Source: Thermoplasmatota archaeon (lineage in GTDB: Archaea > Thermoplasmatota > E2 > JACPAO01 > JAHFTW01). Taken from it: a stretch of DNA of 64,000 nt. Within the stretch, counting starts at the first letter, position 1. Each line of letters begins with the position of its first letter. A model generated the notes under the pieces. The model saw only the letters and a list, made by a program, of their open reading frames with translations. It was not told where the DNA came from and ran no database searches. The translations under genes were made by a program, and so were the position numbers. This document shows positions 8,796 to 18,093 of the stretch, piece by piece. Location: assembly GCA_041601615.1 (NCBI GenBank), contig JBFIHX010000009.1, positions 1-64,000 of the forward strand, in the 5' to 3' direction.

Positions 8796-9929
8796 CTACG
8801 AATTGCCTTTGAGGAAATTGAAGAACCCCTTCTTCCCACTCTCCACATGCGTCCCAAGCTCGTCGGCGAGTTCCTCGAACAACTTCCGGCTCTTGTCGTT
8901 GAGTTTCTTGGGGGTCACGACGCGCACGCGCACGAGAATGTCGCCGTGGCCGGTGCCCCGGAGGTAGGGCATGCCCTTGCCGCGCAGTCGCACCGTGTGA
9001 CCGCTTTCGGTTCCGGCGGGGATGTCCACTTGGACGGGTCCGTCGAAGGTTTCGAGTTTGCCCTGGGCGCCCAGCACGGCCTGTGGGATTGTGATGGCTA
9101 GATCGGCGACGAGGTCGGCGCCGTCGCGCACGAATCGCTTGTCTTCGTCCACGCGCAGTTCAATGTACAAGTCGCCGTGGGGTCCGCCGCGTCCGCCCAC
9201 TTCTCCGGCTCCGGCCACGCGCATGCGCATGCCGTCGTCGATGCCGGCGGGGACCTTGACGCGCTCGCGTTTCTTTTGCCGGTCATGGCCGCTGCCTCGG
9301 CACACCTTGCAGGGGGTCGTGATGTTGCGACCGCTGCCGCCGCACGTGGGACAAGCGCCCACTTGGCTGACGATGCCGAAGGGAGTGCGTTGTTGGCGCT
9401 GCACTTGTCCGTGGCCGCCGCAGGTTCCGCATTGATCAACGCGACTTCCAGGCTCGGCACCGTTGCCGCTACAATGAACGCAGTTTTCGAGACGGAAGTA
9501 CTCCACTTCCACGTCGGTGCCCCGGTAGGCATCTTCGAGGCTGATGTGTTTGGTCAGTTGCAGGTCGCGGCCTCGACTTGGCCCATGGCCCCGGCTGCCG
9601 CCACCGAAGAACATGTCGAAGATGCTGCCGAATCCGCCGCCCATGCCCCCGAAAATGTCCTGGAAATCGACGTTCCGGAAGATGTCCTCGGTGCTGTATT
9701 GCTGGTCAATGCCGGCGTGGCCGTGTTGGTCGTACCGTGCGCGCTTGTCGTCATCCGAAAGCACCGCGTACGCCTCGCTGACCTCCTTGAATTTGTCCTC
9801 GGCGCCCGCATCCTGATTGCGGTCCGGGTGGTACTTGATGGCCAGCTTGCGGTACGCCTTCTTGATGGTCGCAGCGTCCGCGTCGCGGCCGAGTCCCAGC
9901 ACGTCGTAATAGTCCCGCTTTCCTGTCAT
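8796..9929 (-). CDS. dnaJ: Chaperone DnaJ (type I)
   Basis: J domain with HPD, G/F-rich region, four CxxCxGxG zinc-finger motifs. Confidence 0.97.
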   Translation of the reverse strand: MTGKRDYYDVLGLGRDADAATIKKAYRKLAIKYHPDRNQDAGAEDKFKEVSEAYAVLSDDDKRARYDQHGHAGIDQQYSTEDIFRNVDFQDIFGGMGGGFGSIFDMFFGGGSRGHGPSRGRDLQLTKHISLEDAYRGTDVEVEYFRLENCVHCSGNGAEPGSRVDQCGTCGGHGQVQRQQRTPFGIVSQVGACPTCGGSGRNITTPCKVCRGSGHDRQKKRERVKVPAGIDDGMRMRVAGAGEVGGRGGPHGDLYIELRVDEDKRFVRDGADLVADLAITIPQAVLGAQGKLETFDGPVQVDIPAGTESGHTVRLRGKGMPYLRGTGHGDILVRVRVVTPKKLNDKSRKLFEELADELGTHVESGKKGFFNFLKGNS

Positions 9930-10080
9930 CCCAAACTCGGCACAGGGGCACCGTTCAAGAACGCCGCGCAGGGAGCAAGCGGAGCCACCTCGCCGCCGCA
10001 GAACCACTCCAACAGGAGAAAACATTCAAAAAATGCCGGCCTGTGTTGCCGCAATGCAAAGTAATTTGTAGTCCGCACGC

Positions 10081-10390
10081 CTATCTAGGGTCTGGACAGG
10101 ACTTGTGCCTGGCCCCCCAGCATCCTAGAGAGGAGCGCGGCATACTCGCTCCCGCTCACAACGCCCAGCGTTGGAGAAGCGAACCGGAGGGGAAGCGGTT
10201 TCGACCGTTTTTCTGAGGGGGACAACTAGGGTGGAGCATCGAAAGGTGCTCGGTCGAAAGGCCTGGAGCAGTGACCCCGTCCATGCCGCAGCGGCGAGGG
10301 TCACAGACAACCACCTCCACTTGGCAAGCGCATTGCTTGCATTTCCCCCCCCTGATTGCCACCGCGTGGTGGTCGCCCCACCCTTTTTTA
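10081..10390 (+). ncRNA. Candidate structured non-coding RNA or leader, family unknown
   Basis: At least eight consecutive stems, two GAAA tetraloops and one UUCG tetraloop, G-U wobbles that pair only on the + strand, ends in a T6 tract. Confidence 0.5.
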
Positions 10391-10412
10391 GCCGCACCAA
10401 GTCCCGCACTTG

Positions 10413-10763
10413 ATGGCGACCATCGGCCAAGGCGTGTTCTCCCAAGCCGTCCACGAATTCTTCGAGGGCATCCGTACCTACGACGTGGATCGGGCGCTTG
10501 CCGTGCTCACCGACGACGCCGACTTCCAAAGCCCCTGGAACAAGGGTGTCGCCACCGGCCACGACGCGATTCGAGCGGTCCTGGAGCCCATCCTTGCGCC
10601 CTCCGCCGAGCGCCCGAGCTTCACAATCAGTGACTTGGCCGGCGACGGCAACCTGACCACCCTCACCGTCAGCATCAGTGGCCGCTTTGGCAAGGGTGCT
10701 CGGATGCACCGCTTCCATTTGTTGAGCCTCAAGGGCAAATTGCACCAAGTCGTCATTTCGTAG
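10413..10763 (+). CDS. SnoaL/NTF2-like protein
   Basis: DVDRALAVLTDDADFQSP...TGHDAIRA pattern. Confidence 0.8.
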   Translation: MATIGQGVFSQAVHEFFEGIRTYDVDRALAVLTDDADFQSPWNKGVATGHDAIRAVLEPILAPSAERPSFTISDLAGDGNLTTLTVSISGRFGKGARMHRFHLLSLKGKLHQVVIS

Positions 10764-10945
10764 CCCGGCACCGCCCGGCGTGGGCAAAAAGAAAGGACCC
10801 CGGGGCGTGGAGGGTCACCAGAGCCGCCGGGGGGCCGCAGTCGTCCGGAGCATTTGGGTCGAGAGCCCAGACACCCTTGGCCGCCTCGAAAGCCGCCAAC
10901 CAACCTATACAAGTTCGCTGGTGGGACCCATTGAGCGAGGAACGC

Positions 10946-11143
10946 CTAGCGCGCCGCGCGCGGACTGCGTTTGGCGCTCCAGCGCGCGGCATTGCGCGAC
11001 AATTTGCGCAGACTTCGCTCCGCTTGGATCTTCCATTCCGCCTCCTGGACCCTTGCGTGGTGCCAAAGGCGAGCCATCGCGGCCTTCCGTTCCTTCCAGC
11101 GGGCTTGTCGTCGTTGGCGTCGGGCCTTGTGTGCGTCGAACAT
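10946..11143 (-). CDS. Small basic hypothetical protein
   Basis: ATG-initiated helical Arg/Trp-rich ORF (MFDAHKARRQRRQARW...) in an otherwise empty region. Confidence 0.35.
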   Translation of the reverse strand: MFDAHKARRQRRQARWKERKAAMARLWHHARVQEAEWKIQAERSLRKLSRNAARWSAKRSPRAAR

Positions 11144-11462
11144 GGGCAACCACGGGCACTGGTGGGCGGCCGGCCTTGGCGTTGTCGCAATGGGGACTCA
11201 GACCGCAGGGTGCTAGGGGAAAAGGTGCCGAACGCCCGCTCCCCTCCGGCGAAATCCACCATGACCCTCGCCCAAGTGGGGCCCACCACTGCCTGAAGCT
11301 TGGATGGGACATGAGACGTAGTCGGCCATCGATCCCAAGAGCCCGGAAGCACATTGTGCCAGCGGCCTACGAACAGGTCAGTGGTCCAACCGCAATGGCT
11401 AGGCTTGGCGCCGGCCGCCACGAACCGCCCCGGCCGCCTCCATTCCCGGCCCCTGCCTTCGC

Positions 11463-11540
11463 TCAGTCCCTAAATTCCGCTTCCTCGTCTGCCACGGCCT
11501 GCGCCATTTGGTACCGACGCCACAGAGCTTCCACGTCCAT
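11463..11540 (-). CDS. 25-aa micro-ORF MDVEALWRRYQMAQAVADEEAEFRD
   Basis: ATG to TGA, protein-like amphipathic composition, co-oriented downstream of 11638-11910. Confidence 0.4.
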   Translation of the reverse strand: MDVEALWRRYQMAQAVADEEAEFRD

Positions 11541-11637
11541 GACTCGTTATGGGGCCCGCCAGGGTACACGCCAATTTCCGAAAAGGGTGAAATAGGAAAA
11601 AACGGGCGCAAAAACCCGCAACGACGAAACGAAGGGC

Positions 11638-11910
11638 CTAGTCGACCAGGAGACCTTCGAGGCCGCGCGGCACTTCGCCCTTCTTTAGTGCCTCGCGGAC
11701 CGCCTGCAAATCGACGCCCTGCTGGAAGAAACGCTTCGGGCTCTGGTAGTCCAGCGCGCCACACCGGCGCAGGTAGCCATCGAGGTGGCTGATGCCCTTC
11801 GACTCCACATACGCGATCATCTCCTTGAGGACCATGGTCCCCTCCTTGAAACGGGCCTCAAGTTCGTCGAGGATTTCCAAGAGTTGCTTGACGAGTGCTG
11901 GGTCAGCCAT
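11638..11910 (-). CDS. Hypothetical protein
   Basis: Protein-like ORF MADPALVKQLL... with an AT-rich TATA element about 25-30 nt upstream. Confidence 0.7.
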   Translation of the reverse strand: MADPALVKQLLEILDELEARFKEGTMVLKEMIAYVESKGISHLDGYLRRCGALDYQSPKRFFQQGVDLQAVREALKKGEVPRGLEGLLVD

Positions 11911-11928
11911 GGGCTTGCGAGCGCCACT

Positions 11929-11944
11929 CTTTTCATATTTATAT
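11929..11944. promoter_or_regulatory. TATA-box-containing divergent promoter
   Basis: CTTTTCATATTTATAT in a GC-rich background between divergent genes. Confidence 0.55.
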
Positions 11945-12004
11945 CGGCGGCGCATCGGCGCGAGTGGAGCCTGCTTGGCGACGCCGAGCCTTCGTGTGAG
12001 TCCC

Positions 12005-14005
12005 ATGTCCCGAACCTGGATCCTAGCCGTAGTTCTTGCCGCGCTCGTGGTCGCGCCCAGTGTGACCGCCGGCACTCAGCAAGCCCCTGAATTGACCGAC
12101 CCCGCAGGCGACTCCTCCCAGAGCGTAGATTGTACGCCGCCGTCGTGCCTGTCACCCCCCTACGAGCCCAACCCTGAGGGCCACGACATGGTCGACATCC
12201 GCGCTGCCTGGGTCCATGAGGCACCCAACGGCACTGGAGCAGGCTTCAGCGTGGTCGTCCTAACCTCCGCCGCACCCGACCCCGAGACACAATTCACCGT
12301 GGGATTCACTCTTAGCAAGGGCAACAAAAGCGTGCACACCAGCACCGCCTCTGGCCAGGACGTGAGCGCTCAGGCGAAAGGCGAAGCCATCATTTCCGGC
12401 CCTGCCAACACCACGATTTGGCACAACGGTACCCAGACCTGGTTCAATTTCACCTACGCCGACGCGGGCGCCTCCGGCGGCGACGTGCTCTCCGACCTCA
12501 TCGTGGACACCATCCGCACCGAGACCAGCTCAGGACAACTGGCGGCCGGTTCCCAAACCGACTCCGACGGCGCCCCCGATCCCGGCGTCTCGGCCCTCAA
12601 CTTCACGTTCTGGCGCGCCCCCCTCGTCCCCGGCGCCGCCCTGTTCGTCGTGGACGCCACCGTCAACGAGACCATTCCCCGCGAATTGGCGCAAGGCCGC
12701 ACGACGCTCACCGATCTCAACGCCTCCGAAGACCTCGTGACCCGCGACCGCGTGGTGCTTGGCGACTCCGTCAAGACCTACGCCAAGAACGCCACCATCA
12801 CCTACCGGCTGCTTCTGGTCAACAACGGCACCGACCTCGACACCTACACCCTCTCGCTGCCCGCATCCTCCGTGGCAGCAGTCAACGGCACCATCGTCGA
12901 CGGCAGCAAGCAAACCCGCGTCCTGGACCCCGCAAACATCGAACTTGCCCCCGGCGCCGTGGCCAACGTGACACTGAGCATCAAACTCCTGAACGCGGAC
13001 GCCGCCAAGTACGGCTCTCTAGTCCATGTGGTCAGCGGCCGCAACGCCACCGCCGACGCTGGCGTCCTAGTAGAGCGCCTCAACATCACCTTCCAGCCCG
13101 CGACCACCCCGACGCCCCCCGGCCCCGCACCCACGGAGCCCACCGACGACGCCGAACGCGACCCCGTGGCCGGCCTCGGATTCCTGACGCCTGCCGCCGA
13201 AGCACTCGGCTTTGACGAAGTATTCGGCGACTGGGCAGAACTGGTGCTCCTGGCGTTGCTCCTGCTCCTGCTGGTGCTCGTGGTCTTCTTGGTCCTCGCC
13301 CTCGTTGGCAACCGCTGGGTGCGCGTGCGCGTCTCCCCCAAGACCATCACGGCCAGCCCCGGTGAGACCGCAGAGTTCAACGTACAAATCCACAACCGCA
13401 AGAAACGCTTCCGCGGCGCCCTGGCCCGCTTCGAGCAAGACGCGGGATGGAAAACCGGCGTCCTGCTTCGCAACGAAGACGGCAGCGCCATCGCGCCCCT
13501 CATGGAGCCCGGCGCCGACCGCGAACTCGGACTTGCAGGCAAAAACGACTCCGGCGACGTACTGAAGGGCACCATTCGCGTGCGCGTCCCCGAAAACGCC
13601 GGCGACCACGACCAAGGACACGTCACCCTCAACGTCGTGCCCGTGGGCGACGACGGCCGCGAACGCCCCCGCAAAGGCAGCCACGCCCGCGTCAAGGTCG
13701 TCAGCGAAGCCCCGGAAGCCGCCCGAACATCGTCGCACGGCCAGCACGTCCCCGTCCGCTTGAGCCGCGTCGAGCATGTGCCCGAAAACCCCGCCGCCGG
13801 CGATGTGGTCACCACCACCGCGACCCTCGCCAACGACAGCGACTCCCAGACCCTCCGTCTGCGCGTCGTCTTGAAGCTGGACGGCGAAGAAGGCGATGAC
13901 GAAATCGTCGAATTGCCCCCGCACGCCGCCCGCGCCGTAGTGTTCCGCTGGCTGGCCGACGAAGGCAGCAACCGGGTCAGCGTGCAAGTCTACGAGGCCG
14001 ACTAA
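12005..14005 (+). CDS. Secreted/membrane-anchored protein with Ig-like (COG1470/CARDB-like) domains
   Basis: Signal peptide, LLVNNGTDLDTYTL, Pro/Thr linker, central TM helix, C-terminal CARDB-like domain. Confidence 0.75.
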   Translation: MSRTWILAVVLAALVVAPSVTAGTQQAPELTDPAGDSSQSVDCTPPSCLSPPYEPNPEGHDMVDIRAAWVHEAPNGTGAGFSVVVLTSAAPDPETQFTVGFTLSKGNKSVHTSTASGQDVSAQAKGEAIISGPANTTIWHNGTQTWFNFTYADAGASGGDVLSDLIVDTIRTETSSGQLAAGSQTDSDGAPDPGVSALNFTFWRAPLVPGAALFVVDATVNETIPRELAQGRTTLTDLNASEDLVTRDRVVLGDSVKTYAKNATITYRLLLVNNGTDLDTYTLSLPASSVAAVNGTIVDGSKQTRVLDPANIELAPGAVANVTLSIKLLNADAAKYGSLVHVVSGRNATADAGVLVERLNITFQPATTPTPPGPAPTEPTDDAERDPVAGLGFLTPAAEALGFDEVFGDWAELVLLALLLLLLVLVVFLVLALVGNRWVRVRVSPKTITASPGETAEFNVQIHNRKKRFRGALARFEQDAGWKTGVLLRNEDGSAIAPLMEPGADRELGLAGKNDSGDVLKGTIRVRVPENAGDHDQGHVTLNVVPVGDDGRERPRKGSHARVKVVSEAPEAARTSSHGQHVPVRLSRVEHVPENPAAGDVVTTTATLANDSDSQTLRLRVVLKLDGEEGDDEIVELPPHAARAVVFRWLADEGSNRVSVQVYEAD

Positions 14006-14117
14006 GCCACGCCAACCCCCCGCCCAAGCGAGGAATTCCAGTCGTTTTCCCCCTCCCCCCTCCACAGAAGTGTTTTTTTGATTGTTTGACTCGGCGGCCA
14101 CTCCGAAGGTGTGCGCC

Positions 14118-15056
14118 ATGACTGCCGAGACGACCCAAACCCCCACCCCTGCGACCGAGACCGCCCCCGACGCCAAGGCCGAAGCCGCCAAGGTGGAGGG
14201 CCCCGTGGACATCCGTAACCTGCAAGACAAGTTCCACGGACTTCTCGACCAGCGCAACGAATTCAACGACCTTGCCCGCGCCGCTCGTGAGGGCCGCGAC
14301 CTTCTGAACGGCCAACGTCGCGAGAAGGCCAAGGAAATCGACGATCAGAAGACGGCGCGCGACCGCAAGAACGAGGAAATGAAGGAGTTCAAGGACCTGC
14401 GCAACTCCTACCAGGACCAAGCCAAGGCGCTCATCGCGCAGCGCAAGGGCAAGGCCGGTGCCATCGAGAAGAGCATCCCGCTGCAGGCTCGCAAGCTCAA
14501 GAACGACATCCAGCAAGCCCTCGAGCGCCAGGAGACCACCGTTCTCGACCCGGCCAAGGAAAAGGCCCTCGTGGACGACGTGCGCCGCAAGCGCGTGGAA
14601 CTGGCCGCACTGGAAGCCGAGATGGGCAAACAGAAGGCCGCCAGCGTCGACCTTTCCGACACCGACGCCGCCATCGATGAGCTGTTCAAGAAGGCCGACG
14701 AGGAGCACGAGAAGGTCCTCGCCATCCAGAAGCTCGCCAATGAGCACCACGACAAGTTCGTGGCCGCTGTCAAGGAGGTCCGAATGATCTCCGGCGAGGC
14801 GGACAAGAAGCACCACGAGTTCATCGCCCTCAAGACGAAGGCGGACGACTACCACAACAAGGCCATGGAGCTTCGCGAGAAGGTCATGGCTGTCCGTGGC
14901 GAACGCGCCGCCGACTACGCCGCCCGCAAGAAGGAAATCGGCGACGTCAACCACCGCGCCCGCCAAAGTGTCAGCGACCCCAAGGCGATCGAACGCGCCA
15001 GTGAATCCGCGCTGGACGCCTTGAAGAAGGGCGGGAAAATCAGTCTCGGATTCTGA
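14118..15056 (+). CDS. Archaeal coiled-coil protein (COG1340-like)
   Basis: Heptad-rich sequence with repeated AD..H motifs and a KKGGKISL C-terminus. Confidence 0.8.
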   Translation: MTAETTQTPTPATETAPDAKAEAAKVEGPVDIRNLQDKFHGLLDQRNEFNDLARAAREGRDLLNGQRREKAKEIDDQKTARDRKNEEMKEFKDLRNSYQDQAKALIAQRKGKAGAIEKSIPLQARKLKNDIQQALERQETTVLDPAKEKALVDDVRRKRVELAALEAEMGKQKAASVDLSDTDAAIDELFKKADEEHEKVLAIQKLANEHHDKFVAAVKEVRMISGEADKKHHEFIALKTKADDYHNKAMELREKVMAVRGERAADYAARKKEIGDVNHRARQSVSDPKAIERASESALDALKKGGKISLGF

Positions 15057-15151
15057 GCTGCCGAAGAAGCCGAGCGATTTTCCCGGCTGGAACGGGTGCG
15101 AGCGTAGCGAAGTACCTGAGACTGGGCGGCAAGATCAGCCTCGGTTTCTAG
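15030..15151 (+). repeat. REP-like insertion with duplicated gene 3' end (GGKISLGF-stop twice)
   Basis: ggcgggaaaatcagtctcggattctga (15030-15056) and ggcggcaagatcagcctcggtttctag (15125-15151) flank an inverted copy and CGAGCGTAGCGA. Confidence 0.75.
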
Positions 15152-15160
15152 GCCCCGTGC

Positions 15161-15325
15161 CTACTCCTCTTCCTTTCTTTTCCCTTTGTTCCGGTCTGGC
15201 CGGATGAACCACATCCCAAGAAAGGCCAGCGGGAGCGCCCACGGGCCGACGCTCCAAAGGGCGGCGACGGTGATGCTGGTGATGCCGCTGATGTAAATGG
15301 AGGCAGGAGGCAAGTGGATGGCCAT
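15161..15325 (-). CDS. Small membrane protein
   Basis: Hydrophobic 54-aa ORF with charged tail. Confidence 0.5.
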   Translation of the reverse strand: MAIHLPPASIYISGITSITVAALWSVGPWALPLAFLGMWFIRPDRNKGKRKEEE

Positions 15326-15450
15326 GCACAACGGATGGGGGCGTGCTATATGGGACAATTGCCGACGTTACTGACCTGTGCGGCACAGTCCAAAATGTGT
15401 GCTACACACTCCTTGGTGTCAACGAGGAGGGGCAACGAATTTGCGGTACC

Positions 15451-15849
15451 CTAGCTTGCCGGCGGCTCTCCAACGAGCGGCGGCAACGGCACGACCTGCA
15501 CCGTCTCCGATTTTTCCTCCATCGTCCGCTGCACCCACGGCCACAGGCCACACACGACGACACCAAACCATCCCCACTGAAGCACCCAAACGGGCGCGTA
15601 CCCGGCGCCAACGTCATCAAACTCTAGAGCGGAGCCGGTGATGGCCCAGGCGACGGCATAGGTTAGCCAAGTCATGACGAGGGCTGCTGGAATGGCGAGG
15701 GCGCCGGGCGTACGCCGGGCAGCATAGTAGGTGCCGACCATGCCAGCGACGAAGGCGAGGTCGCCGAGGATGCTTGCGCTCCAGACCTCAACGAAAATGG
15801 AGGGCCCAAGCAACAGCATGGGATGCGCAAGGCCGGTTAGGGTTCCCAT
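15451..15849 (-). CDS. Hypothetical membrane protein
   Basis: Three to four hydrophobic helices. Confidence 0.6.
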   Translation of the reverse strand: MGTLTGLAHPMLLLGPSIFVEVWSASILGDLAFVAGMVGTYYAARRTPGALAIPAALVMTWLTYAVAWAITGSALEFDDVGAGYAPVWVLQWGWFGVVVCGLWPWVQRTMEEKSETVQVVPLPPLVGEPPAS

Positions 15850-16092
15850 GAGGACAAACAGAAATGCGTGGATCTAGCGGTCCATGGTATACGCAAGCGC
15901 CCCACTCGGCTTATGGGGTTGTCGTCTGATGCTCGGCGCGTGCCGATATTTGGGCAGCGTTTCGGCAGTCCATCAGGGATTTCCTTTGTCCAGTTCCACA
16001 GGAAATGGAGGGGTTGGGAATGTTCTATGAGCTTGGAGGAAAAAATCCTTCTGGGAAATGAATTGGTCACGGTTTCTAGCCGTGTTCTCGAA

Positions 16093-16845
16093 TTATGTTT
16101 CGTCCATTGGCAGCACTCCCCGCACACTCCAGCCATCCAACTCCACGTCCATACCGAGCGGAATCATCCGCACGCCCGCCTCCACGGCTCGGTCAAAGGC
16201 TGCGCCGTAGGCTGGATCGATGTCGCGTGCGACGGTGAATCGGTCGCAGTCTGCTCGGTTGACGAGAAACACTACGGCGGCCTCGTGGCCTTCTTCGCGC
16301 ATGGCAACGAGTTCGTCCATGTGCTTGGCGCCGCGTGCGGTGACGGCGTCGGGGAAGGCTGCGGTGTGGGTCCCCGGCTCTGCTGCGGGTTCGTTGGTGC
16401 CGGTTTGGTAGGCGAGGGTGGTGTTCTTGACTTCGACATAAGTGAAGCCGGCGTCCTCGTTGCCAAGCAGGAAGTCGATGCGGCTGTTGGTTCCGTATTT
16501 TTGCTCGGGCCGCAACCCGTCGGCGGCGGACAAACCGGGCACCTGTCCTTGTTCGATGGCCCAGCGCACCACCTGGTTCGGGCGGTGGGTGTTGCAGCCG
16601 ACCCAGGTGTCGAGTCCTTTGGGCTGTACCAGTTCCCAGGTCCATTGCAGTTTTCGCTTGGGGTCAGCGACGTGGCGTACAGCGACAGGGCTACCGGGTT
16701 CTTTCATGCCAAGCATGGAACCGCTGTTGGGGCAGTGGGCGAGGATTTTTTCGCCGTCGTCGAGGGTGATGTCGGCTAGGAATCGCTTGTAGCGCAGGTC
16801 CAGTGTGCCCAGGCGCAGGGGGGATTCGTAGGGCGAGAACTGCAC
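16093..16845 (-). CDS. sfsA: SfsA family DNA/RNA nuclease
   Basis: RYKRFLAD, HCPNSGSM, SRIDFLL, YVEVKNTTL, FPDAVTARGAKH. Confidence 0.95.
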   Translation of the reverse strand: MQFSPYESPLRLGTLDLRYKRFLADITLDDGEKILAHCPNSGSMLGMKEPGSPVAVRHVADPKRKLQWTWELVQPKGLDTWVGCNTHRPNQVVRWAIEQGQVPGLSAADGLRPEQKYGTNSRIDFLLGNEDAGFTYVEVKNTTLAYQTGTNEPAAEPGTHTAAFPDAVTARGAKHMDELVAMREEGHEAAVVFLVNRADCDRFTVARDIDPAYGAAFDRAVEAGVRMIPLGMDVELDGWSVRGVLPMDET

Positions 16846-16886
16846 GCGCTTGCGAGGGTGCGACTTGCAAAGGTTTTGTGCTGGCT

Positions 16887-17414
16887 TTAGAGGACGATGG
16901 CTAGGAATGCAAAGCAGGTTACGACGGCCGCAAGCAGCACCAGCATCAAGATGAGCAGAGCGGAGAGCACCATGCTTGTTGCCGTGGGTTTCGGGACCGC
17001 TGGGTAGTTGGTTTCTAGGGATTTTTTTTGGCGCCGAACCCATTGCGAGCTTTTGACAATGTACGCGAGGGGAATGGCCAGTGTCATGATGAGCAGAAGG
17101 ATGGGGCCGCTGCCTTGGCCGCAGCCGCCGGGGCAGAGTATCGGAGCAAGCAATGAGCGCACATAGATGGTGCCGGGGATGACGAGAAACAGGAAGGCGA
17201 AAGTGAGTGCCGTGGTTTGTTGGGAGAGTCGCTGCCCGGCATATTGCCCGTCCTTCATTGCCTCGTCCATTGCGACTTGTTCTGGGGTTGGCTCTGTGTC
17301 CGATGGTGCAGCTTCCGGCGCGTCGGCTCGTGGGTCCATGAGGTTGGCGGCGGCGATTGCGTCGAGTTCGGCGAGAAACTCCCCTTCGGCGGCTTCGCGG
17401 TCATTGTTTGTCAT
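16887..17414 (-). CDS. 3-TM membrane protein, paralog 1 (C-terminal VVTCF)
   Basis: Low-complexity N-terminus, three TM helices; similar to 17529-18020 and 18094-18567. Confidence 0.75.
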   Translation of the reverse strand: MTNNDREAAEGEFLAELDAIAAANLMDPRADAPEAAPSDTEPTPEQVAMDEAMKDGQYAGQRLSQQTTALTFAFLFLVIPGTIYVRSLLAPILCPGGCGQGSGPILLLIMTLAIPLAYIVKSSQWVRRQKKSLETNYPAVPKPTATSMVLSALLILMLVLLAAVVTCFAFLAIVL

Positions 17415-17528
17415 GCACTGGTGCTTCGATGGGATGGTATGAGTGGGGGCGTGGTGCGGCCCGTAGCCCTAGCGTGCAACGTCGATGCATGGGCCGGCCC
17501 TTGTTTTGTTGTTTCGCTGGCTGGGTGT

Positions 17529-18020
17529 TTACGCCACCAATCCTAGGAGCCCAAAGCAGGTGACGACGAGGGCCAGGGCCACAAGAAACACTGCGAGGAG
17601 GGTTCCCCATAGCACGCCCCAGCCGCTCATGATTTCAACTTCGGTGGGGCGGGCCGCGACCTCTGCTTTGAGGCGCCCGATCCATCGCATGGTAAGCCAG
17701 ACATAGCCGATCGGGACGAGGGTGAAGACAGCCATGGCAAATAGGCGATAGTTGCCGTTGGGCGCATTGCTGAAGCTGATGCCGAGCATTAGGAGCGCAC
17801 CAATGAAGAAGGTCAGGGGGAGCACGACCGTGATGAAGACCACGCCGAGGGTGATGGCGAGGGCACGGATGCGTTTGTTTGCCGCTTCCGTGGTCTCGGC
17901 TGTATGGGAGGGACGGGGTTGCGAGGATGGCCAGGGTGCGGTTGTTGGATTGGAGTCCGGGCCGTCTTGCCTTGGGTGCGTTGGGCCTGCCTTGGAGGTG
18001 CCGGGGGGTTTTTCGGTCAT
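17529..18020 (-). CDS. 3-TM membrane protein, paralog 2 (C-terminal VVTCF)
   Basis: Same topology; VVLP in TM1, W..RLK after TM2, VVTCF in TM3. Confidence 0.75.
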   Translation of the reverse strand: MTEKPPGTSKAGPTHPRQDGPDSNPTTAPWPSSQPRPSHTAETTEAANKRIRALAITLGVVFITVVLPLTFFIGALLMLGISFSNAPNGNYRLFAMAVFTLVPIGYVWLTMRWIGRLKAEVAARPTEVEIMSGWGVLWGTLLAVFLVALALVVTCFGLLGLVA

Positions 18021-18093
18021 GGTGGTCCACGTTCGGGGCTTTTTTGGAGAGCGAGGCGGGCGGAGGAGGGGGATGCAGTTGCGTTGGATTGTG

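Noticed and set aside
10156-10362. Cys-rich minus-strand ORF (KCKQCAC)
   Set aside because: Weak start, and it lies antisense to the strongly strand-biased RNA-like structure; not excluded but unsupported.
10081-11460. SRP RNA or RNase P RNA
   Set aside because: The sizes fit, but the diagnostic SRP helix-8 (CAGG-GNRA-AGCA) and RNase P (GAGGAAAGTCC) motifs were not found on either strand.
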